Positions 10,066 to 18,352 of a stretch of 32,000 bases of DNA are shown one piece after another. Source of the stretch: an archaeon (GTDB lineage: Archaea; Iainarchaeota; Iainarchaeia; Iainarchaeales; 1-14-0-10-31-34); contig JAJRVL010000009.1 of NCBI GenBank assembly GCA_024277355.1, positions 27,580 through 59,579 of the forward strand, given 5' to 3'. The stretch's first letter is position 1. The number at the start of each line of letters is the position of its first letter. The notes below the pieces were generated by a model that was not told the DNA's origin, searched no databases, and saw only the letters and a list, made by a program, of their open reading frames with translations. A program made the translations under genes and the position numbers.

Positions 10066-11355
10066 TTATTTTGTTATCAGCCATTTCCATAAAGGAATAA
10101 ATGTTATTCCGTGTTCTTTTTTTTCTGTGTTTTTTGTTATTAAAGTAAGTTTTTTGGTTTTCTTTTTTTGTTTTTTTAATTCTTTTAATCCTTTAGTTTC
10201 CCTTTCTTTTATTTTATCAGTGAAAGAAACATTTATTCCCTGAAGAGAATTATCTTCGTTTTTTATTACAAAATCCACTTCGTTTTGGTTTGCCCAATAA
10301 TAAACTTGTTTGTTTTGTCTTTTTAGTTCTAAGAAAACAAGATTTTCAGTTAATTTTCCTTTGTCTTCAGAAAACTTGAATGCAACTGCGTTTCTTAAGC
10401 CATTATCTATTCCATATATTTTTGTTGGTCTTGTTTTTTGTTCTTTTATTGAATAAGAAAAATGATTTAATTCAAAAAACAAGAATGCTTCAAAAAAATG
10501 ACTTAAGTATTCTTTTAGTTGGTCATAAGATAAATCTGTTGCTTCTCTTAATTTTCTTAAGGATGTTTTCCCTGTAATGTTTGTTATTAAATATTTAGCA
10601 AGCTCTTTTGGTTTCTGGCTTTTAATATTAAATCTGTCAACTACATCTTTGAAAATTATGTCTTCAAAATAGTTTGTTAACACTAATCTTTTTTGTTTTT
10701 TTTCTTTAAAAAATATTTCAGGAAACCCGCCTTCATTAATATATTTTTCTAAAGCGTTTTGTATTTTTATTTTATCTTTATTTGAAACAATTCCTTTTTT
10801 TAGTAGTTTTTGTTCTGGTTTTATGCCTGAAAACTGCAGGAATTCCTTAAAACTTAAAGGCATTATTTCAAATGCAACTATTCTCCCTGTAAGCAGTGTT
10901 GAATATTCTTTTTTAAGTAAATGAGAAGAGCTTCCTGAAATAACAAATTTTGCTTCAGTTTTTAAATCATATTTTTTTCTAATCCATCTCTCCCATTTTT
11001 GTTTTTTTTGAACTTCGTCAAAGAAAATAAATGATTTTTTATCTGGATTTATTTTTTCTCTGTACTCTAAATAAATGTCTTCAAGTGAAGTTTCATTTAA
11101 TACTTCGTCTTCAAAATTCACTAAAAGAATGTTTTTTGAATCAACGCCACTTTCAATGAGTTTCTTAATCATTTGATACATTACAGTGCTTTTTCCTGAA
11201 CGCCTTACTCCTGTAATAACTGTTATTTCCTTTAAGTTTACAGTTTTAATTAATTCTTTATATTCAGGTCTTTCAATTCCTGATAATTCTTTCAGTTCTT
11301 CTTTTTTTTTAAACCACCACGGATTCCATTCACTTAAAATATCAATTAAAGTCAT
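10066..11355 (-). CDS. AAA ATPase of the AAA_14/DUF4143 type, paralogue 2; likely start at 11355 (MTLIDILSEW) rather than ORF-track start 11391
   Basis: Walker A 'GVRRSGKS', Walker B 'FIFFDEVQKK', 'SGSSSHLLKKEYSTLLTGR', 'FSEDKGKLTENLVFLELKRQ...VYYWANQNEVDFVIK'. The 12 extra N-terminal residues of the longer ORF overlap palindromic DNA. Confidence 0.87.
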   Translation of the reverse strand: MTLIDILSEWNPWWFKKKEELKELSGIERPEYKELIKTVNLKEITVITGVRRSGKSTVMYQMIKKLIESGVDSKNILLVNFEDEVLNETSLEDIYLEYREKINPDKKSFIFFDEVQKKQKWERWIRKKYDLKTEAKFVISGSSSHLLKKEYSTLLTGRIVAFEIMPLSFKEFLQFSGIKPEQKLLKKGIVSNKDKIKIQNALEKYINEGGFPEIFFKEKKQKRLVLTNYFEDIIFKDVVDRFNIKSQKPKELAKYLITNITGKTSLRKLREATDLSYDQLKEYLSHFFEAFLFFELNHFSYSIKEQKTRPTKIYGIDNGLRNAVAFKFSEDKGKLTENLVFLELKRQNKQVYYWANQNEVDFVIKNEDNSLQGINVSFTDKIKERETKGLKELKKQKKKTKKLTLITKNTEKKEHGITFIPLWKWLITK

Positions 11356-11371
11356 AAAAACACCAATACTT

Positions 11372-11422
11372 GTTACTAAAAATAGTAACAAAACCTTAAT
11401 AAATGTTACTAAAAACAGTAAC
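11372..11422. promoter_or_regulatory. Two tandem 18-bp palindromic sites GTTACT-N6-AGTAAC (11372-11389, 11405-11422)
   Basis: GTTACTaaaaatAGTAAC and GTTACTaaaaacAGTAAC, start-to-start 33 bp; third site GTTACTattttcAGTAAC at 9966-9983. Confidence 0.6.
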
Positions 11423-11462
11423 GTTGTCGTTTTGGCTGTTTAGTTTTTTTAAAATACAAAAA
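11416..11462. repeat. 47-bp direct repeat, copy 2
   Basis: Identical to 9977-10023. Confidence 0.95.
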
Positions 11463-11489
11463 CTTTTTTTGAATAATTTTTTTGAACTG

Positions 11490-11858
11490 TTATATGTATG
11501 TTTCTATTATCTCTTTAATTTTGTTTGCTCTGCGCTGGATTTGTTTGGTTGTTGAAATAGAAATATAAACTCCGTAATCTGCTTGGCTTTTATGGGCTAT
11601 TAAAAATTCGTATGCATTCTGGTATTTCTGGAAATCTTCTTCTAAAAACTTTGATAATTCTTTAAAATAAGTAGTGTCTGAATGTGGTTTGTGTTTTGGT
11701 ATTTTATTCAGGAATTTTTGGCATAATGTGTTGTGGTAGTTAATGGCTGCGTTGATAAACAAGTGTGCTGCTGTATGGTAGTTTTCCTGTTTAAATTGGT
11801 CTTCTGCAGCCTGAAATCTTTCATTTGCTAAGTCAAAATGTTGTTTGAATGTGCTCAA
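11490..11858 (-). CDS. HEPN-domain protein, putative toxin (122 aa), TTG start
   Basis: 'FDLANERFQAAEDQFKQENYHTAAHLFINAAINYHNTLCQKFL...LIAHKSQADYG' HEPN-like helices; GGAAGGAG RBS before TTG; overlaps the 3' end of the upstream MNT gene by 26 nt. Confidence 0.75.
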   Translation of the reverse strand: MSTFKQHFDLANERFQAAEDQFKQENYHTAAHLFINAAINYHNTLCQKFLNKIPKHKPHSDTTYFKELSKFLEEDFQKYQNAYEFLIAHKSQADYGVYISISTTKQIQRRANKIKEIIETYI

Positions 11859-12447
11859 TTAATCTCCTTCCTTTTATTATTTTTCCTTTTCTTAAAATGT
11901 TCTGGATAAACAAGTCTTTTTCAGTCCAGCGCAACTTAATTTCTTTTTTGTCCATGATTACAGGTGAAAACCTTATGCCTGTTTTAGTAGTTGCATTAAC
12001 AAATTCTTCAACAATTTTTTCTTCTAATTTACTGCTTTTTTTTTCTAAGCCGATTAAAATATCAAAGTCTGATTGATGCGAAAAATCTTTTCTGATGCGT
12101 GATCCAAAAGCAATCACTATCTTTATTTTAGAGTTTTTCAAGAGTTTCAAGGATTTAAGTGTTTTAAATAATGGTTTCTGGAAATCACTTGTTTTTTTAA
12201 AGATTTTTTTCAGTTCAGGAAGCAAATAAAATTTTTGGTTGATTTTGATTAATTTGTTTCTGCCTTGGTATTCAATTAACACTAATCCTGTTTTTTCCCA
12301 GTCTTTTATAATACCTGAAACAGTTGCTTTTGGTGTTCCTGTCATTCTCCCTAATTCTGAAATCGAAAAATGACCGGATTTATGTATGAACTTTTCCAGC
12401 ATTAAAATCTTTGACTTTGAATTCATTAATTGTTCCATTATCTGCAT
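11833..12447 (-). CDS. HTH-fused minimal nucleotidyltransferase (MNT), putative antitoxin; ORF open to 12525, probable start 12447 or 12438
   Basis: HTH 'GHFSISELGRMTGTPKATVSGIIKDWEKTGLV'; NTase motif 'IAFGSRIRKDFSHQSDFDILIG'. TATA-like element and palindrome at 12469-12496 argue for an internal start. Confidence 0.8.
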   Translation of the reverse strand: MQIMEQLMNSKSKILMLEKFIHKSGHFSISELGRMTGTPKATVSGIIKDWEKTGLVLIEYQGRNKLIKINQKFYLLPELKKIFKKTSDFQKPLFKTLKSLKLLKNSKIKIVIAFGSRIRKDFSHQSDFDILIGLEKKSSKLEEKIVEEFVNATTKTGIRFSPVIMDKKEIKLRWTEKDLFIQNILRKGKIIKGRRLIEHIQTTF

Positions 12448-12468
12448 TAAGACACCATTCAATAAACT

Positions 12469-12496
12469 GAACATATGTTCAGTATATAGAACATAT
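12469..12496 (-). promoter_or_regulatory. Putative promoter/operator of the MNT-HEPN pair
   Basis: 12-bp palindrome GAACATATGTTC (12469-12480) plus half-site GAACATAT (12489-12496) flanking TATATA. Confidence 0.45.
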
Positions 12497-12607
12497 TTTA
12501 AATGAATTGTCTTAATTTGCAGCAATCAGAATTTAATTTACTTTTGCTTTTCTTTAAATAAGTTTTTCTTAAATTAATATATTTAGAAAAGTTTAGCAGA
12601 TGAAATA

Positions 12608-13777
12608 ATGACTTTGTATTCTCATTCCAGAATTGAATCTTTTTTTCAGTGTCCTTTAAAATTTAAGTTTCAGTACATTGAAAAAATTAAAGTTCCTTTT
12701 CATCAAAGCATTGAAGCTTTTATGGGTTCAAGAGTGCATGAAACTTTTGAATATTTATATAAATTAGTTCAGCATACTAAAATTCCTTTACAGCAGGAAT
12801 TAATTGACTTTTATAAAAAAAAATGGAAACAAAACTGGAATAATAATATTGTTATTGTAAAACAAGGTTTAACTAAAGAAAATTATTTTAATTTAGGAAT
12901 TAAATGCATTAAAAATTATTATCAAAAAAATCATCCTTTTAATGATGGTTTAACTATTGGAATTGAAAAAAGAATTTTAATTGATTTAGATGGAACAGGT
13001 AAATATAAAGTTCAGGGTTTTATTGACCGTTTAGTTGAAAAAAAACCAGGTTTCTTTGAAATTCATGACTATAAAACTGTTTCTAATCTGCCTGACCAAA
13101 TAAAAGCAGAAGAAGACAGACAATTAGCTTTGTATGCTATTGGATTAGAACAAGAATTTAATGAAGTAAACGAAGTTGAATTAATCTGGCATTTTGTTGT
13201 TTTTGGAAAAACAGCTAAAAGCAAAAGAACTAAACAACAATTAACTGAATTAAAAAAAGAAACTATTTCCCGCATTAAAGAAATTGAATCCTGTAATAAA
13301 TTTAATTCAAATCCTTCTATTTTATGTAATTGGTGTAAATTTCAATGTATTTGCCCTGAATTTAAGCACCAAAAAGAAACAGAAAATCTTCCAGCAAACA
13401 AATATTTAAATGAAGCAGGAGTTGTTTTAGCAAACAAATTTATTGAATTAAAAAACAAGGAAACAGAAATTAAAACAGAATTGTCTTTAGTTAAAGAAGC
13501 TGTTATTGCTTTTGCAAAAGAAAAAAATTATTCAGTTATTAAAGGAAGCAACGGCAAACTTTCAATAACACAAACTAAATCCTTAAAATTACCAAAAAAA
13601 GACTCTAAGGAATATGAAAAACTTGAATTACTTTTACAAAAAATCAACGCCTTAAATGAAACAAGTTCTTTAGACCAAACAAAAATCAAAGAATTCTTAA
13701 AGAAAAAAGAAAACAAACAAATAGAAAAGCTTTTGGAGGAAAATGAAATGACGACGGTGAGGGTTGGGAAGAAGTAA
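12608..13777 (+). CDS. RecB/Cas4-like PD-(D/E)XK nuclease with probable 4Fe-4S cysteines (389 aa)
   Basis: 'SHSRIESFFQCPLKFKFQY', 'GSRVHETFEYLY', 'IHDYKT', 'QLALYAIGL', C-terminal CxxCx5C in 'CNWCKFQCICPEF'. Confidence 0.82.
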   Translation: MTLYSHSRIESFFQCPLKFKFQYIEKIKVPFHQSIEAFMGSRVHETFEYLYKLVQHTKIPLQQELIDFYKKKWKQNWNNNIVIVKQGLTKENYFNLGIKCIKNYYQKNHPFNDGLTIGIEKRILIDLDGTGKYKVQGFIDRLVEKKPGFFEIHDYKTVSNLPDQIKAEEDRQLALYAIGLEQEFNEVNEVELIWHFVVFGKTAKSKRTKQQLTELKKETISRIKEIESCNKFNSNPSILCNWCKFQCICPEFKHQKETENLPANKYLNEAGVVLANKFIELKNKETEIKTELSLVKEAVIAFAKEKNYSVIKGSNGKLSITQTKSLKLPKKDSKEYEKLELLLQKINALNETSSLDQTKIKEFLKKKENKQIEKLLEENEMTTVRVGKK

Positions 13778-13880
13778 AGATAGTTTTATAAATTCCATAA
13801 TATTTGACCAAATACTGTTTAGAATTTATTTGCTACAATTAGAATATCGTTTGGATTTTCTTGAAATTTTTTTTAATGTA

Positions 13881-15851
13881 TTAGTTATTATTTTCTTCAA
13901 CATCATTAAATTTATTCAACAAATTTATTTTTTCAGAACCAATTTTTGTATTTTTTTCAATTAAATCAAGAATCTTTTCTGTTCTTTTTAATAAAAATCC
14001 TTCATAGTTTCTTTTGTTTACAAGAAGACTATACATTTCTTTATCAATTAAGTGAGTATTTAAAAATTCTTCAAAGTTTTTATTAGATTCGAATTCAGGG
14101 AAATATTCATCTGGGTTTTTTTTCTTTATTTCTTGATTTAATTCGCTACTAATAATTGCTATATTAGCAATATTATTTAATAAAAAATCGGCTTTTTCTT
14201 GACCTAATTCTTTTCTAAGGCTTTTTGCAGCATCTGAATTAAATGGGATTATGTGGTGTTTGTTATTTTTTGTATATGCTCCAAAATATTCCATTAAATT
14301 TATTTCAGAATTAACATTAAAATCTACAGGTTTTAAAGAATTTAATAACAAAATAAGAGAAGAATATAAATTATTTTGATTGTTGTATCCTGCATCAATT
14401 AAATATTTTTGATTGTATTCATAGTTTTTGTTAAATATTCCAAAATTTCTATTGTTTTTTATCTGTTCTACAAATGATTCTGATCCTTTATTAAATTCAT
14501 TCATGTCTGTTTCAATTCCTTGTAATTGGGCTCCTGGATATCTATTAAATATTAAAGTATTCCAAAACCATTTGTTAATTGATTCGAAGTAATTATTTTG
14601 ACTAAGTGCAGAATATTTGTTAGAACTTATTACATAAGTTAAAAAAGACAAAATTTTATTATCAGTGTATTTTACATCTAAAGATTTAATATTTAATTCA
14701 TTTGATAAATATTTCAATAATTGCTCAAAAAGTTTTCTAAATTCTAAAAGATTATCTTGAATATATTGTGAATTTAATTCATATATGTGATCTTTTTGAA
14801 GCCCGCTTTTTTTGAGATTATGTCTATTATGGATGATTGAAATTAATCTAAGAGTAGTTGTAGTATCAATATTATAATATGAATCGTTTTCGTAATTTAA
14901 AGAAATTTGAGGATCTAACTTTTCTGATTCTAAATAAGAGCGCCTGTAAAGAATCTTTTGGATTGCATTTTTTAGATTAAATGTTTTTTTATCATTTTTA
15001 TATATAATTGTTTTATATGTTTTTGCAACCATTATATCAAAAATATCAAGTTTTACATTTTGAGTATTTATTCTTTCAAAAATAGTTACTACTTTATCTA
15101 AATTGCTATCTTCAACAATTTGATGAATCTTATAAGACTTTATTATCTCTGTAAATTTTTCTAAGATTTTTTTATTTTCATCAAGAATTCTATTTTTTTT
15201 TTCAATAAAAATAATTGTATCTTCTTTATTTAAGTCTTCAGGAACTTCTTCAGTTATCTTTTTTCGTTCTTTTTCAATAATCTTATCTGGAAATTTATGT
15301 TTTTCATCAAATATTTGAGATAAATCTATAAATCTAAATGGATTAAGTTTATTTGTTTCTCTTAATTTTTTAATAGTTATTTTTTCGTTATTCATTTCAA
15401 TTTTCTGAGTTTCGCTAAGAAAAACATTTGTTTCAATATCGAAATAAATCTTGTAAGGTTTTGATTTTTTATTTTTAGAACGGTATAATTCTTTTCCTTT
15501 TAAAACACCATAAATTGTTGTCAACCTTTGTTGGCCATCTAAAATATAATATAATTCTTTTGAACTGTTATTATTTTCGCTTATTTCTTTATCTCCAACA
15601 TTCCGATAAGCTAAATTTTCTTTAGATTTCCATAACAATAAATTTCCAATAGTATATCCTTTGAAAATACTATCAAATAATAAAGTAAATTTTTCAATAT
15701 TCCAAACAAAATCTCTTTGAAATTCAGGAATAACCCAATGCCCTTCTTCAATTTTATTTAATATTTTTGAAATAGATATTGGAGGATAAAAGTCTTTATC
15801 TAGATTCTTTTCAATTCTACTGTGTTCTTGCATAATTTTTGATTTGTCCAT
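13881..15851 (-). CDS. DUF262 + DUF1524 (HNH-like) protein, GmrSD/SspE-type (656 aa from MDKSKIMQEHSRIEKN)
   Basis: 'WVIPEFQRDFVWN', 'YYILDGQQRLTTIYGVL', 'FERINTQNVKLDIFDIMVAKT', C-terminal 'HHIIPFNSD...LLNNIANIAIISSELNQEIKKKNPDEY'. GAGGCG RBS before ATG at 15851; the longer ORF-track start (16028) would overlap the zinc-ribbon ORF. Confidence 0.85.
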   Translation of the reverse strand: MDKSKIMQEHSRIEKNLDKDFYPPISISKILNKIEEGHWVIPEFQRDFVWNIEKFTLLFDSIFKGYTIGNLLLWKSKENLAYRNVGDKEISENNNSSKELYYILDGQQRLTTIYGVLKGKELYRSKNKKSKPYKIYFDIETNVFLSETQKIEMNNEKITIKKLRETNKLNPFRFIDLSQIFDEKHKFPDKIIEKERKKITEEVPEDLNKEDTIIFIEKKNRILDENKKILEKFTEIIKSYKIHQIVEDSNLDKVVTIFERINTQNVKLDIFDIMVAKTYKTIIYKNDKKTFNLKNAIQKILYRRSYLESEKLDPQISLNYENDSYYNIDTTTTLRLISIIHNRHNLKKSGLQKDHIYELNSQYIQDNLLEFRKLFEQLLKYLSNELNIKSLDVKYTDNKILSFLTYVISSNKYSALSQNNYFESINKWFWNTLIFNRYPGAQLQGIETDMNEFNKGSESFVEQIKNNRNFGIFNKNYEYNQKYLIDAGYNNQNNLYSSLILLLNSLKPVDFNVNSEINLMEYFGAYTKNNKHHIIPFNSDAAKSLRKELGQEKADFLLNNIANIAIISSELNQEIKKKNPDEYFPEFESNKNFEEFLNTHLIDKEMYSLLVNKRNYEGFLLKRTEKILDLIEKNTKIGSEKINLLNKFNDVEENNN

Positions 15852-15864
15852 TTTATAACGCCTC

Positions 15865-16101
15865 TCAATCCAAATCAGCTGGTTTGAATTTATATCCACA
15901 ATCTTTGCAAGTTCCTTCAACTTTTTCTTTTCTTCTGTCAGTTCTTGAACTAGAAATTCCAGTACTTCCCTGAACTCTATAAGTTTGAGATGATTCAGGA
16001 AACCATAAAACATCATTTTTTGTTCCACATTTTGGGCAATTTAAATCAATTTTCTCTGATTGCTGTCCTCTGGTAAATAATTCATAACTCATTTTACTCA
16101 C
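15865..16101 (-). CDS. Small zinc-ribbon protein (78 aa)
   Basis: 'CPKCGTKNDVLWF...VEGTCKDCGYKF' (CxxC...CxxC); lies between and co-directional with the flanking genes, with gaps of 13 and 22 nt. Confidence 0.65.
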   Translation of the reverse strand: MSKMSYELFTRGQQSEKIDLNCPKCGTKNDVLWFPESSQTYRVQGSTGISSSRTDRRKEKVEGTCKDCGYKFKPADLD

Positions 16102-16123
16102 TTAAATAATATCTATAGAAAGT

Positions 16124-18307
16124 CTAAATAGTTTTTCGCAACTCCTGAGATGTGGGCTGAATGCCGTCAACAAGCTTGTCAAGCTTTTCCTTAATTAAAT
16201 AAAAATCAAAATAACCATTATTTACTCGCAAAGCATATTTGATAATTTTGTAGAATTTATTCCTGTTATTTTTCAATACATCTGGATTCGAACTTAAATA
16301 AGCAGTAAGTTTTAGTAAATTGATTCTATCTATACAAGACACCCATATTTTTGATTTAATTTTAAATGCTTTATTTTTAGTTTTTTTTAATTGTTCTGAA
16401 AGAGATTCTTTAGCTTTATCAAAATCATCTTTGTCAGTCTCATAGGTTAAAAAAACATAATATTTTAATCCGCCGTGCTTCTTTACTTTAAAATTTCTTT
16501 CAAAATTATTCATATATTTTATATCTTTAGATATTTCTGTAGGAAATTTTATTCTCATTTCCTTTTTTTCTTTTATGTAACTACTTAACTTTGTCTTGGT
16601 ATATCTTTTTGCATCCCATAAAACAAATTGTGTAGTTCCCTGCCCTTCAAATGCAAATGCCCCATCCGCAAGTTTTGGACCGCCAAGTTTTTGATTATGT
16701 GGAAACATAAAATTTAATATTGCATAAATACTGTTTTCAAATTCTTCGGGGGTAGGGGGACTGGGAGCTTTTACAATAGTTATGGCGGCTCTGAAAGATT
16801 CATACATTAGATCGGAACTTTTTTCTATTGCTTCTTGAATGAGTGAAATTATTTTATCACTTTTTTTTCCTGCAAGCCAATCAATAAATTGTAATCCTTC
16901 AACATTACTTAATCCAACCATGTTTGAATTGAGCTCTCCTTTTAATTTTATTATTATTAACGGAATTCCTAATAGTTTTAATTTTTCAAATTTTTCTTTT
17001 CCAATACTGTTCTTACTAAAATATAAATAGAAATATTTTCCTCCTTTTTCAATTCTAATTGCAAAATCGTTTTTGTTTAAATTAAGTGCTTTTGCCAAAT
17101 ATTTAGTTGTTTTTATTTTCTCTTTTTTTAGCAAATTAATTGTTTGAAATTCAATCTGTTTTTTATTTGGTTTAATAGAATAAGAAATAGTAAAAGATCT
17201 TCTGGCTGGGTTTCCACATTCACAAATTTTTTGCTTTATAGGTTTAATTACATCACAGGAAGGATTAGAACACCAATATAATTTATTCTGTTTTTTCCTT
17301 AGAAGTTTGACTTTTATCATTTCATTAAGTTTTGTGCCTACTTGAGGAAGATTAAAATAATATGGCTCAACATCTTGACGATAAATCACATTTGTTAATA
17401 TTTCATTAAAATCTAAATTGTCAAATATTATTTGCCCTTTATTAATTATATTCCTAAATTCTTTTGGCAAAGCATATCTTGAACCAAAATAAGTAATTTT
17501 TTTTCCTAATTTTGATTTATTAAACATTAATTTGGCTTGTCCAGAATTCCCAATAGACGTCTTTACTTGGTTTAAGGTATCTAAAGAAAAAGTAACAATG
17601 CCATCTTTTTCCCAATCTAAAGCTTGTTGCAAAGCATTTCCAGTCTTAGATTTAATTATTACTGACTCGCCAGAACCTGGAGCCTTTGTTCTTTTTAGAT
17701 CAATAAGGTAAAATTTTTGGTTTACTTTATTGAAAATATTCTTTATCTTCTCTTTATCTATTTTGATTGGTTCGTGTTTTGGCAACCATATAATATTTTT
17801 CACTTTTAGCCACCATAGAATCAATTCCTTTATTTTGTGGCTTATATTAAAAAATTCAACAATAATGTTTTCTTTATCAAAAACAATACAAAAAAAATTT
17901 TTACTCAAATTTTTATAACTTTTAATTGTTCTTGTAGTTAAACCAGTTCCAGGTTCCACGTATCCAATGATTACAATTATTTTTCTACCATGTTTTTTTG
18001 CATAAATGACGGCAAGTTCTCTTTTACTTTTAAATAATTTTTTATTATAACTCAAAACAATTCTTTTGAACAAATTTTTGATTTTCTTTTCTCCTGTAAG
18101 AATTTTATTACATTGAATAGTTTCAGTGCTATTCCCCTTAGAAATTTCTTTTAAACAATAAGCTGCAATAATGGTTTTTTGATTTATTTTTCCATCTTTT
18201 GAAATTAATTCTAGTTCTGTCTTATAATCTTCTTTAAATTGATCTAGATCATCACCATAAGTTCTCTGCAATCCGATATAAGAAAAGCTGTCAGTTAATT
18301 TCGCCAT
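16124..18307 (-). CDS. Large uncharacterised protein (727 aa) with central zinc ribbon and C-terminal FokI-like PD-(D/E)XK endonuclease motifs
   Basis: Central 'CSNPSCDVIKPIKQKICECG'; C-terminal 'FENSIYAILNFMF...LGGPKLADGAFAFEGQGTTQFVLWDAKRYTK', comparable to FokI 'LGGSRKPDGAIY...GVIVDTKAYS'. Confidence 0.7.
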   Translation of the reverse strand: MAKLTDSFSYIGLQRTYGDDLDQFKEDYKTELELISKDGKINQKTIIAAYCLKEISKGNSTETIQCNKILTGEKKIKNLFKRIVLSYNKKLFKSKRELAVIYAKKHGRKIIVIIGYVEPGTGLTTRTIKSYKNLSKNFFCIVFDKENIIVEFFNISHKIKELILWWLKVKNIIWLPKHEPIKIDKEKIKNIFNKVNQKFYLIDLKRTKAPGSGESVIIKSKTGNALQQALDWEKDGIVTFSLDTLNQVKTSIGNSGQAKLMFNKSKLGKKITYFGSRYALPKEFRNIINKGQIIFDNLDFNEILTNVIYRQDVEPYYFNLPQVGTKLNEMIKVKLLRKKQNKLYWCSNPSCDVIKPIKQKICECGNPARRSFTISYSIKPNKKQIEFQTINLLKKEKIKTTKYLAKALNLNKNDFAIRIEKGGKYFYLYFSKNSIGKEKFEKLKLLGIPLIIIKLKGELNSNMVGLSNVEGLQFIDWLAGKKSDKIISLIQEAIEKSSDLMYESFRAAITIVKAPSPPTPEEFENSIYAILNFMFPHNQKLGGPKLADGAFAFEGQGTTQFVLWDAKRYTKTKLSSYIKEKKEMRIKFPTEISKDIKYMNNFERNFKVKKHGGLKYYVFLTYETDKDDFDKAKESLSEQLKKTKNKAFKIKSKIWVSCIDRINLLKLTAYLSSNPDVLKNNRNKFYKIIKYALRVNNGYFDFYLIKEKLDKLVDGIQPTSQELRKTI

Positions 18308-18352
18308 TATTATCGCACACCATAAATTCTTTATTAAAACAAATAAATAAGT

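Noticed and set aside
8596-11462. Interpretation of the duplicated ATPases plus 47-bp repeats as an insertion sequence or transposon
   Set aside because: No transposase, terminal inverted repeats or target-site duplications visible; the repeats are direct and promoter-proximal.
13764-13964. ORF 13764-13964 (+)
   Set aside because: Overlaps the ends of the RecB-like and DUF262 genes; low-complexity hydrophobic; no motif.
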